From the human T2T-CHM13v2.0 reference genome, Homo sapiens: 64,000 nucleotides of DNA. The notes under the pieces are model-generated. The model was not told where the DNA came from. It was given only the letters and a program-made list of their open reading frames with translations, and ran no database searches. The translations under genes were made by a program, and so were the position numbers. The stretch is taken from NCBI RefSeq assembly GCF_009914755.1, contig NC_060936.1; one strand, 5' to 3'. Every line of letters begins with the position of its first letter. The stretch's first letter is position 1. Below are positions 13,567-26,621 of the stretch, piece after piece.

Positions 13567-16500
13567 GACAGAGTGTTTCCAAACTGCTCCGTCAAAAGAA
13601 AGGTTAACCTCCTTGAGTTGAACACACACATCACAAAGTAGTTTCTGTGAATGATTCTGTCTAGTTTTTATACGAAGATATTTCCGTTTCTACATTTGGT
13701 CTCAAAGCGATTGAAATCTCCACATGGAAACTCCACAAAAAGAGTGTTTCAAATCTGCTCTTTCTGAAGGAAGGTTCAACTCTGTGAGTTGAATACACAC
13801 ACCACTAATAAGTTACTGAGAATTCTTCTGTGTAACATTATATGAGGAAATCCCGTTTCCAACGAAGGCCTCAAAGAGGTCCAAATATCCACTTGCAGAC
13901 TTTACAAAAACAGTGTCTCCAAACTCCTCCATCAAAAGAAAGGTTATACTCTGTGAATTGAACGCACACATCACAAAGTAGTTTCTGAGAATGATTCTCT
14001 CTAGTTTTTATACGAGGATATTTCCTTTTCTACATTTGGCCTAAAAGCGCTTGAAATCTCCACCTGCAAATATCACAAAAAGAGGGTTTCACATCTGCTG
14101 TGTCTAAAGGACAGTTCACCTCTGTGAGTTGAATAGAGGCAACACAAAGAACTTACTCAGTATTCTTCTTTCTAGCGTTCTATGAAGAAATCCCGTTTCC
14201 AACGAAGGCCTCAAAGAGGTCCAAATATCTGCTTGCAGACTTTACAGACAGAGTGTTTCCAAACTACTCTATGAAAAGAAAGCTTAAACTCCTTGAGTTG
14301 AACGCACACATCACAAAATAGTTTCTGAGAATGATTCTGTCTTGTTTTTATACGAAGATATTTCCGTTTCTATGATTGGCCTCAAAGCGATTGAAATCTC
14401 CAACTGGAAATTGCACAAATAGGGTGTTTCAAATCTGCTCTGTCTAAAGGAAGGTTCAACTCTGTGAGTTGAATACACACACCACAAATAAGTTACTGAG
14501 AATTCTTCTGTCGAACATTACATGAAGAAATCCCGTTTCCAACGAACGCCTCAACGAGGTCCAAATATCCACTTGCAGGCATTACAAACAGAGTGTTTCC
14601 AAACTGCTCCATCAAAAGAAAGGTTAAACTCTGTGAGCTGAACACACACATCAAAAAGAAGTTTCTGTGAATGATTCTGTCTAGATTTTATAAGAAGATG
14701 TTTCCTTTTCTACGGTAGGCCTCAAAGCGCTTGAAATCTCCAGCTGCAAATTCCACAAAAAGGGTGTTTAACATCTGCTCTTCTAAGGGAAAGTTCAACT
14801 CTATGAGTTGAATACACACAGCACAAAGAAGTTACTGAGACTTCTCCTATCAAACATTATATGAAGAAATCCCGTTTCCAACGAAGGCCTTAAAGAGGTC
14901 CAAATATCTGCTTGCAGACTTTACAGACAGAGTTTTTCCAAACTGCTCCATCAAAAGAAATGTTAAACTCCTTGAGTTGAACACACACATCACAAAGCAG
15001 TTTCTGTGATTGATTCTGTCTAGTTTTTATACGACGATGTTTCCTTTTCTACCTTTGGTCTCAAAGCGATTGAAATCTCCACATGGAAGCTCCACAAAAA
15101 GAGTGTTTCAAATCTGCTCTTTCTGAAGGAAGGTTCAACTCTGTGAGTTGAATACACACACCACAAATAAGTTACTGAGAATTCTTCTCTGTAACATTAT
15201 ATGAGGAAATCCCGTTTCCAACGAAGGCCTCAAAGAGGTCCAAATATCCACTTGCAGACTTTACAAAGACAGTGTCTCCAAACTCCTCCATCAAAAGAAA
15301 GGTTATACTCTGTGAATTGAACGCACACATCACAAAGTAGTTTCTGAGAATGATTCTGTCTAGTTTTTATACGAGGATATTTCCTTTTCTACATTTGGCC
15401 TAAAAGCGCTTGAAATCTCCACCTGCAAATATCACAAAAAGAGGGTTTCACATCTGCTCTGTCTAAAGGACAGTTCACCTCTGTGAGTTGAATAGAGGCA
15501 ACACAAAGAACTTACTCAGTATTCTTCTTTCTAGCGTTATATGAAGAAATCCCGTTTCCAACGAAGGCCTCAAAGAGGTCCAAATATCTGCTTGCAGACT
15601 TTACAGACAGAGTGTTTCCAAACTACTCTATGAAAAGAAAGCTTAAACTCCTTGAGTTGAACGCACACATCACAAAGAAGTTTCTGAGAATGATTCTGTC
15701 TAGTTTTTATACGAAGATGTTTCCTTTTCTACATTTGGTTTCAAAGCGATTGGAATCTCCAACTGGAAACTGCACAAATAGGGTGTTTCAAATCTGCTCT
15801 GTCTAAAGGAAGGTTCAACTCTGTGAGTTGAATACACACACCACAAATAAGTTACTGAGAATTCTTCTGTCGAACATTACATGAAGAAATCCCGTTTCCA
15901 ACGAAGGCCTCAAAGAGGTCCAAATATCCACTTGCAGACATTACAAACAGTGTGTTTCCAAACTGCTCCATCAAAAGAAAGGTTAAACTCTGTGAGCTGA
16001 ACACACACATCAAAAGGAAGTTTCTGTGAATGATTCTCTCTAGATTTTATAAGAAGATGTTTCCTTTTCTACCGTAGGCCTCAAAGCGCTTGAAATCTCC
16101 AGCTGCAAATTCCACAAAAAGGTGTTTAACATCTGCTCTTCTAAAGGAAAGTTCAACTCTATGAGTTGAATACACACAGCACAAAGAAGTTACTGAGACT
16201 ACTCCTATCTAACATTATATGAAGAAATCCCATTTCCAACAAAGGCCTCAAAGAGGTCCAAATATCTGCTTGCAGACTTTACAGACAGAGTGTTTCCAAA
16301 CTGCTCCGTCAAAAGAAAGGTTAACCTCCTTGAGTTGAACACACACATCACAAAGTAGTTTCTGTGAATGATTCTGTCTAGTTTTTATACGAAGATATTT
16401 CCGTTTCTACATTTGGTCTCAAAGCGATTGAAATCTCCACATGGAAACTCGACAAAAAGAGTGTTTCAAATCTGCTCTTTCTGAAGGAAGGTTCAACTCT

Positions 16501-19500
16501 GTGAGTTGAATACACACACCACTAATAAGTTACTGAGAATTCTTCTGTGTAACATTATATGAGGAAATCCCGTTTCCAACGAAGGCCTCAAAGAGGTCCA
16601 AATATATACTTGCAGACTTTACAAAAACAGTGTCTCCAAACTCCTCCATCAAAAGAAAGGTTATACTCTGTGAATTGAACGCACACATCACAAAGTAGTT
16701 TCTGAGAATGATTCTGTCTAGTTTTTATACGAGGATATTTCCTTTTCTACATTTGGCCTAAAAGCGCTTGAAATCTCCACCTGCAAATATCACAAAAAGA
16801 GGGTTTCACATCTGCTCTGTCTAAAGGACAGTTCACCTCTGTGAGTTGAATAGAGGCAACACAAAGAACTTACTCAGTATTCTTCTTTCTAGCGTTCTAT
16901 GAAGAAATCCCGTTTCCAACGAAGGCCTCAAAGAGGTCCAAATATCTGCTTGCAGACTTTACAGACAGAGTGTTTCCAAACTACTCTATGAAAAGAAAGC
17001 TTAAACTCCTTGAGTTGAACGCACACATCACAAAGAAGTTTCTGAGAATGATTCTGTCTAGTTTTTATACGAAGATGTTTCCTTTTCTACATTTGGTTTC
17101 AAAGCGATTGAAATCTCTAACTGGAAACTGCACAAATAGGGTGTTTCAAATCTGCTCTCTCTAAAGGAAGGTTCAACTCTGTGAGTTGAATACACACACC
17201 ACAAATAAGTTACTGAGAATTCTTCTGTCGAACATTACATGAAGAAATCCCGTTACCAACGAAGGCCTCAAAGAGGTCCAAATATCCACTTGCAGACATT
17301 ACAAACAGTGTGTTTCCAAACTGCTCCATCAAAAGAAAGGTTAAACTCTGTGAGCTGAACACACACATCAAAAGGAAGTTTCTGTGAATGATTCTCTCTA
17401 GATTTTATAAGAAGATGTTTCCTTTTCTACCGTAGGCCTCAAAGCGCTTGAAATCTCCAGCTGCAAATTCCACAAAAAGTGTGTTTAACATCTGCTCTTC
17501 TAAAGGAAAGTTCAACTCTATGAGTTGAATACACACAGCACAAAGAAGTTACTGAGACTTCTCCTATCAAACATTATATGAAGAAATCCCGTTTCCAACG
17601 AAGGCCTCAAAGAGGTCCAAATATCCACTTGCAGACGTGACAAACAGAGTGTTTCCAAACTGCTCCATCAAAAGAAAGGTTAAACTCTGTGAGTTGAACA
17701 CACACATCACAAAGTAGTTTCTGTGAATGATTCTGTCTAGTTTTTATACGAAGATGTTTCCTTTTCTACCTTTGGTCTCAAAGCGATTGAAATCTCCACA
17801 TGGAAACTCCACAAAAAGAGTGTTTCAAAGCTGCTCTTTCTGAAGGCAGGTTCAACTCTGTGAGTTGAATACACACACCACAAATAAGTTACTGAGAATT
17901 CTTCTGTGTAACATTATATGAGGAAATCCCGTTTCCAACGAAGGCCTCAAAGAGGTCCAAATATCCACTTGCAGACTTTACAAAGACAGTGTCTCCAAAC
18001 TCCTCCCTCAAAAGAAAGGTTATACTCTGTGAATTGAACGCACACATCACAAAGAAGTTTCTGAGAATGATTCTGTCTAGTTTTTATACGAAGATATTTC
18101 CTTTTCTACATTTGGCCTAAAAGCGCTTGAAACCTCCACCTGCAAATATCACAAAAAGAGGGTTTCACATCTGCTCTGTCTAAAGGACAGTTCACCTCTG
18201 TGAGTTGAATAGAGGCAACACCAAGAACTTACTCAGTATTCTTCTTTCTAGCGTTATATGAAAAAATCCCGTTTCCAACGAAGGCCTCAAAGAGGTCCAA
18301 ATATCTGCTTGCAGACTTTACAGACAGAGTGTTTCCAAACTACTCTATGAAAAGAAAGCTTAAACTCCTTGAGTTGAATGCACACATCACAAAGCAGTTT
18401 CTGAGAATGATTCTGTCTTGTTTTTATACGAAGATATTTCCGTTTCTATGATTGGCCTCAAACCATTGAAATCTCCAACTGGAAACTGCACAAATAGGGT
18501 GTTTCAAATCTGCTCTGTCTAAAGGAAGGTTCAACTCTGTGAGTTGAATACACACACCACAAATAAGTTACTGAGAATTCTTCTGTCGAATATTACATGA
18601 AGAAATCCCGTTTCCAACGAAGGCCTCAAAGAGGTCCAAATATCCACTTGCAGACATTACAAACAGAGTGTTTCCAAACTGCTCCATCAAAAGAAAGGTT
18701 AAACTCTGTGAGCTGAACACACACATCAAAAAGAAGTTTCTGTGAATGATTCTGTCTAGATTTTATAAGAAGATGTTTCCTTTTCTAACGTAGGCCTCAA
18801 AGCGCTTGAAATCTCCAGCTGCAAATTCCACAAAAAGGGTGTTTAACATCTGCTCTTCTAAAGGAAAGTTCAACTCTATGAGTTGAATACACACAGCACA
18901 AAGAAGTTACTGAGACTTCTCCTATCAAACATTATATGAAGAAATCCCGTTTCCAACGAAGGCCTCAAAGAGGTCCAAATATCCACTTGCAGAAGTGACA
19001 AACAGAGTGTTTCCAAACTGCTGCATCAAAAGAAAGTTTAAACTCTGTGAGTTGAACACACACATCACAAAGTAGTTTCCGTGAATTATTCTGTCAATTT
19101 TTTATACGAAGATGTTTCCTTTTCTACCTTTGGTCTCAAAGCAATTGAAATCTCCACATGGAAACTCCACAAAAAGAGTGTTTCAAATCTGCTCTTTCTG
19201 AAGGAAGGTTCAACTCTGTGAGTTGAATACACACACCACAAATAAGTTACTGAGAATTCTTCTGTGTAACATTATATGAGGAAATCCCGTTTCCAACGAA
19301 GGCCTCAAAGAGGTCCAAATATCCACTTGCAGACTTTACAAAGACAGTGTCTCCAAACTCCTCCATCAAAAGAAAGGTTATACTCTGTGAATTGAATGCA
19401 CACATCACAAAGTAGTTTCTGAGAATGATTCTGTCTAGTTTTTATACGAAGATATTTCCTTTTCTACATTTGGCCTAAAAGCGGTTGAAATCTCCACCTG

Positions 19501-22500
19501 CAAATATCAAAAAAAGAGGGGTTCACATCTGCTGTGTCTAAAGGACAGTTCACCTCTGTGAGTTGAATAGAGGCAACACCAAGAACTTACTCAGTATTCT
19601 TCTTTCTAGCGTTATATGAAGAAATCCCGTTTCCAACGAAGGCCTCAAAGAGGTCCAAATATCTGCTTGCAGACTTTACAGACAGAGTGTTTCCAAACTA
19701 TTCTATGAAAAGAAAGCTTAAACTCCTTGAGTTGAACACACACATCACAAAGTAGTTTCTGAGAATGATTCTGTCTTGTTTTTAAACGAAGATATTTCCG
19801 TTTCTATGATTGGCCTCAAAGCCACTGAAATCTCCAACTGGAAACTGCACAACTAGGGTGTTTCAAATCTGCTCTGTCTAAAGGAAGGTTCAACTCTGTG
19901 AATTGAATACACACACCACAAATAAGTTACTGAGAATTCTTCTGTCGAACATTACATGAAGAAATCCCGTTTCCAACGAAGGCCTCAAAGAGGTCCAAAT
20001 ATCCACTTGCAGACATTACAAACAGAGGGTTTCCAAACTGCTCCATGAAAAGAAAGGTTAAACTCTGTGAGCTGAACACACACATCAAAAAGAAGTTTCT
20101 GTGAATGATTCTGTCTAGATTTTATAAGAAGATGTTTCCTTTTCTACCGGAGGCCTCAAAGCGCTTGAAATCTCCAGCTGCAAATTCCACAAAAAGGGTG
20201 TTTAACATCTGCTCTTCTAAAGGAAAGTTCACCTCTATGAGTTGAATACACACAGCACAAAGAAGTTACTGAGACTTCTCCTATCAAACATTATATGAAG
20301 AAATCCCGTTTCCAACGAAGGCCTCAAAGAGGTCCAAATATCTGCTTGCAGACTTTACAGACAGAGTTTTTCCAAACTGCTCCATCAAAAGAAAGGTTAA
20401 ACTCCTTGAGTTGAACACACACATCACAAAGTAGTTTCTGTGAATGATTCTGTCTAGTTTTTATACGAAGATGTTTCCTTTTCTACCTTTGGTCTCAAAG
20501 CGATTGAAATCTCCATATGAAAACTCCACAAAAAGAGTGTTTCTAATCTGCTCTTTCTGAAGGAAGGTTCAACTCTGTGAGTTGAATACACACACCACAA
20601 ATAAGTTACTGAGAATTCTTCTGTGTAACATTATATGAGAAAATCCCGTTTCCAACGAAGGCCTCAAAGAGGTCCAAATATCCACTTGCAGACTTTACAA
20701 AGACAGTGTCTCCAAACTCCTCCATCAAAAGAAAGGTTATACTCTGTGAATTGAACGCACACATCACAAAGTAGTTTCTGAGAATGATTCTGTCTAGTTT
20801 TTATACGAAGATATTTCCTTTTCTACATTTGGCCTAAAAGCGCTTGAAATCTCCACCTGCAAATATCACAAAAAGAGGGTTTCACATCTGCTCTGTGTAA
20901 AGGACAGTTCACCTCTGTGAGTTGAATAGAGACAACACCAAGAACTTACTCAGTACTCTTCTTTCTAGCGTTCTATGAAGAAATCCCGTTTCCAACGAAG
21001 GCCTCAAAGAGGTCCAAATATCTGCTTGCAGACTTTACAGACAGAGTGTTTCCAAACTTCTCCATCAAAAGAAAGGTTAAACTCTGTGAGCTGAACACAC
21101 ACATCAAAAAGAAGTTTCTGTGAATGATTCTGTCTAGATTTTATAAGAAGATGTTTCCTTTTCTACCATAGGCCTCAAAGCGCTTGAAATCTCCAGCTGC
21201 AAATTCCACAAAAAGGGTGTTTAACATCTGCTCTTCTAAAGGAAAGTTCAACTCTATGAGTTGAATACACACAGCACAAAGAAGTTACTGAGACTTCTCC
21301 TATCAAACATTATATGAAGAAATCCCGTTTCCAACGAAGGCCTCAAAGAGGTCCAAATATCCACTTGCAGACGTGACAAACAGAGTTTTTCCAAACTGCT
21401 CTATCAAAAGAAAGGTTAAACTCTGTGAGTTGAACACACACATCACAAAGTAGTTTCTGTGAATGATTCTGTCTAGTTTTTATACGAAGATGTTTCCTTT
21501 TCTACCTTTTGTCTCAAAGCGATTGAAATCTCCACATGGAAACTCCACAAAAAGAGTGTTTCAAATCTGCTCTTTCTGAAGGAAGGTTCAACTCTGTGAG
21601 TTGAATACACACACCACAAATAAGTTACTGAGAATTCTTCTGTGTAACATTATATGAGGAAATCCCGTTTCCAACGAAGGCCTCAAAGAGGTCCAAATAT
21701 CCACTTGCAGACTTTACAAAGACAGTGTCTCCAAACTCCTCCATCAAAAGAAAGGTTATACTCTGTGAATTGAACGCACACATCACAAAGTAGTTTCTGA
21801 GAATGATTCTGTCTAGTTTTTATACAAAGATGTTTCCTTTTCTACATTTGGCCTAAAAGCGCTTGAAACCTCCACCTGCAAATATCACAAAAAGAGGGTT
21901 TCACATCTGCTCTGTCTAAAGGACAGTTCACCTCTGTGAGTTGAATAGAGGCAACACCAAGAACTTACTCAGTATTCTTCTTTCTAGCGTTATATGAAGA
22001 AATCCCGTTTCCAACGAAGGCCTCAAAGAGGTCCAAATATCTGCTTGCAGACTTTACAGACAGAGTGTTTCCAAACTACTCTATGAAAAGAAAGCTTAAA
22101 CTCCTTGAGTTGAATGCACACATCACAAAGTAGTTTCTGAGAATGATTCTGTCTTGTTTTTATACGAAGATATTTCCGTTTCTATGATTGGCCTCAAACC
22201 ATTGAAATCTCCAACTGGAAACTGCACAAATAGGGTGTTTCAAATCTGCTCTGTCTAAAGGAAGGTTCAACTCTGTGAGTTGAATACACACACCACAAAT
22301 AAGTTACTGAGAATTCTTCTGTCGAATATTACATGAAGAAATCCCGTTTCCAACGAAGGCTTCAAAGAGGTCCAAATATCCACTTGCAGACATTACAAAC
22401 AGAGTGTTTCCAAACTGCTCCATCAAAAGAAACGTTAAACTCTGTGAGCTGAACACACACATCAAAAAGAAGTTTCTGTGAATGATTCTGTCTAGATTTT

Positions 22501-25500
22501 ATAAGAAGATGTTTCCTTTTCTACCGTAGGCCTCAAAGCGCTTGAAATCTCCAGCTGCAAATTCCACAAAAAGGGTGTTTAACATCTGCTCTTCTAAAGG
22601 AGAGTTCAACTCTATGAGTTGAATACACACAGCACAAAGAATTTACTGAGACTTCTCCTATCAAACATTATATGAAGAAATCCCGTTTCCAATGAAGGCC
22701 TCAAAGAGGTCCAAATATCCACTTGCAGACGTGACAAACAGAGTGTTTCCAAACTGCTGCATCAAAAGAAAGTTTAAACTCTGTGAGTTGAACACACACA
22801 TGACAAAGTAGTTTCTGTGAATGATTCTGTCTAGTTTTTATACGAAGATGTTTCCTTTTCTACCTTTGGTCTCAAAGCGATTGAAATCTCCACATGGAAA
22901 CTCCATAAAAAGAGTGTTTCAAATCTGCTCTTTCTGAAGGAAGGTTCAACTCTGTGAGTTGAATACACACACCGCAAATAAGTTACTGAGAATTCTTCTG
23001 TGTAACATTATATGAGGAAATCCCGTTTCCAACGAAGGCCTCAAAGAGGTCCAAATATCCACTTGCAGACTTTACAAAGACAGTGTCTCCAAACTCCTCC
23101 ATCAAAAGAAAGGTTATACTCTGTGAATTGAACGCACACATCACAAAGTAGTTTCTGAGAATGATTCTGTCTAGTTTTTATACGAAGATATTTCCTTTTC
23201 TACATTTGGCCCAAAAGCGCTTGAAATCTCCACCTGCAAATATCACAAAAAGAGGGTTTCACATCTGCTCTGTCTAAAGGACAGTTCACCTCTGTGAGTT
23301 GAATAGAGGCAACACCAAGAACTTACTCAGTATTCTTCTTTCTAGCGTTATATGAAGAAATCCCGTTTCCAACGAAGGCCTCAAAGAGGTCCAAATATCT
23401 GCTTGCAGACATTACAGACAGAGTGGTTCCAAACTACTCTATGAAAAGAAAGCTTAAACTCCTTGAGTTGAACGCACACATCACAAAGTAGTTTCTGAGA
23501 ATGATTCTGTCTTGTATTTATACGAAGATATTTCCGTTTCTATGATTGGCCTCAAAGCCATTGAAATCTCCAACTGGAAACTGCACAAACAGGGTGTTTC
23601 AAATCTGCTCTGTCTAAAGGAAGGTTCAACTCTGTGAGTTGAATACACACACCACAAATAAGTTACTGAGAATTCTTCTGTCGAACATTACATGAAGAAA
23701 TCCCGTTTCCAACGAAGGCCTCAAAGAGGTCCAAATATCCACTTGCAGACTTTACAAACAGAGTGTTTTCAAACTGCTCCATCAAAAGAAAGGTTAAACT
23801 CTGTGAGCTGAACACACACTTCAAAAAGAAGTTTCTGTGAATGATTCTGTCTAGATTATATAAGAAGATGTTTCCTTTTCTACAGTAGGCCTCAAAGCGC
23901 TTGAAATCTCCAGCTGCAAATTCCACAAAAAGGGTGTTTAACATCTGCTCTTCTAAAGGAAAGTTCAACTCTATGAGTTGAACACACACAGCACAAAGAA
24001 GTTACTGAGACTTCTCCTATCAAACATTATATGAAGATATCCCGTTTTCAACGAAGGCCTCAAAGAGGTCCAAATATCTGCTTGCAGACTTTACAGACAG
24101 AGTTTTTCCAAACTGCTCCATCAAAAGAAAGGTTAAACTCCTTGAGTTGAACACACACATCACAAAGTAGTTTCTGTGAATGATTCTGTCTACTTTTTAT
24201 ACGAAGATGTTTCCTTTTCTGCCTTTGGTCTCAAAGCGATTGAAATCTCCACATGGAAATTCCACAAAAAGAGTGTTTCAAATCTGCTCTTTCTGAAGGA
24301 AGGTTCAACTCCGTGAGTTGAATACACACACCACAAATAAGTTACTGAGAATTCTTCTGTGTAACATTATATGAGGAAATCCCGTTTCCAACGAAGGCCT
24401 CAAAGAGGTCCAAATATCCACTTGCAGACTTTACAAAGACAGTGTCTCCAAACTCCTCCCTCAAAAGAAAGGTTATACTCTGTGAATTGAACGCACACAT
24501 CACAAAGTAGTTTCTGAGAATGATTCTGTCTAGTTTTTATACGAAGATATTTCCTTTTCTACATTTGGCCCAAAAGCGCTTGAAATCTCCACCTGCAAAT
24601 ATCACAAAAAGAGGGTTTCACATCTGCTCTGTCTAAAGGACAGTTCACCTCTGTGAGTTGAATACAGGCAACACCAAGAACTTACTCAGTATTCTTCTTT
24701 CTAGCGTTATATGAAGAAATCCCGTTTCCAACGAAGGCCTCAAAGAGGTCCAAATATCTGCTTGCAGACATTACAGACAGAGTGTTTCCAAACTACTCTA
24801 TGAAAAGAAAGCTTAAACTCTTTGAGTTGAACGCACACATCACAAAGTAGTTTCTGAGAATGATTCTGTCTTGTTTTTATACGAAGATATTTCCGTTTCT
24901 ATGATTGGCCTAAAAGCGATTGAAATCTCCAACTGGAAACTGCACAAATAGGGTGTTTCAAATCTGCTCTGTCTGAAGGAAGGTTCAACTCTGTGAGTTG
25001 AATACACACACCACAAATAAGTTACTGAGAATTCTTCTGTCGAACATTACATGAAGAAATCCCGTTTCCAACGAAGGCCTCAAAGAGGTCCAAATATCCA
25101 CTTGCAGACATTACAAACAGAGTGTTTCCAAACTGCTCCATAAAAAGAAAGGTTAAACTCTGTGAGCTGAACACACACATCAAAAAGAAGTTTCTGTGAA
25201 TGATTCTGTCTAGATTTTATAAGAAGATGTTTCCTTTTCTACCGCAGGCCTCAAAGCGCTTGAAATCTCCAGCTGCAAATTCCACAAAAAGGGTGTTTAA
25301 CATCTGCTCTTCTAAAGGAAAGTTCAACTCTATGAGTTGAATACACACAGCACAAAGAAGTTACTGAGACTTCTCCTATCAAACATTATATGAAGAAATC
25401 CCGTTTCCAACGAAGCCCTCAAAGAGGTCCAAATCTCCGCTTGCAGACTTTACAGACAGAGTTTTTCCAAACTGCTCCATCAAAAGAAAGGTTAAACTCC

Positions 25501-26390
25501 TTGAGTTGAACACACACATCACAAAGTAGTTTCTGTGAATGATTCTGTCTAGTTTTTATACGAAGATGTTTCCTTTTCTACCTTTGGTCTCAAAGCGATT
25601 GAAATCTCCACATGGAAACTCCACAAAAAGAGTTTCAAATCTGCTCTTTCTGAAGGAAGGTTCAACTCTGTGAGTTGAATTCACACACCACAAATAAGTT
25701 AGTGAGAATTCTTCTGTGTAACATTATATGAGGAAATCCCGTTTCTAACGAAGGACTCAAAGAGGTCCAAATATCCACTTACAGACTTTACAAAGACAGT
25801 GTCTCCAAACTCCTCCATCAAAAGAAAGGTTATACTCTGTGAATTGAACGCACACATCACAAAGTAGTTTCTGAGAATGATTCTGTCTAGTTTTTATACG
25901 AAGATATATCCTTTTCTACATTTGGCCAAAAAGCGCTTGAAATTTCCACCTGCAAATATCACAAAAAGAGGGTTTCACATCTGCTCTGTCTAAAGGACAG
26001 TTCACCTCTGTGAGTTGAATAGAGGCAACACCAAGAACTTACTCAGTATTCTTCTTTCCAGCGTTATATGAAGAAATCCCGTTTCCAACGAAGGCCTCAA
26101 AGAGGTCCAAATATCTGCTTGCAGACTTTACAGACAGAGTGTTTCCAAACTACTCTATGAAAAGAAAGCTTAAACTCCTTGAGTTGAACGCACACATCAC
26201 AAAGTAGTTTCTGAGAATGATTCTGTCTTGTTTTTATATGAAGATATTTCCCTTTCTATGATTGGCCTCAAAGCCATTGAAATCTCCAACTGGAAACTGC
26301 ACAAATAGGGTGTTTCAAATCTGCTCTGTCTAAAGGAAGGTTCAACTCTGTGAGTTGAATACACACACCACAAATAAGTTACTGAGAATT
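13567..26390 (-). repeat. HOR type B block (about 9.5 units; probably closer to the canonical/active 8-mer)
   Basis: A different linked marker set: GCGCTTGAAATCTCCAGC, CTCTTCTAAAGGAAAGTTCAACTCTATGAG (1 bp shorter), CTTCTCCTATCAAAC, GCAGACATTACAAACAG, AACTCCTTGAG, TATGATTGG, GAACTTACTCAG. Period ~1,359 bp. The last B marker is at ~26,260-26,275 and the first clear A marker at ~26,461. Confidence 0.9.
20510..21530 (-). repeat. 6-mer HOR variant in block B (d3 skipped)
   Basis: d1 (~20,511), d2 (~20,851), d4 (~21,191), d1 (~21,530). The hybrid monomer switches within ~21,041-21,062. Confidence 0.88.
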
Positions 26391-26621
26391 CTTCTCCCGA
26401 ACATTACCTGAAGAAATCCCGTTTCCAACGAAGGCCTCAAAGAGGTCCAAATATCAACTTGCCGAGATGGCAAACACAGTGTTTGCAAACTGCTCCGTCA
26501 AAAGAAAGGTTAAACTCTGTGAGATGAACACACACATCAAAAAGAAGTTTCTGTGAATGATTCTGTCTAGATTTTATAAGAAGATGTTTCCTTTTCTACC
26601 ATAGGCCTCAAAGCGCTAGAA

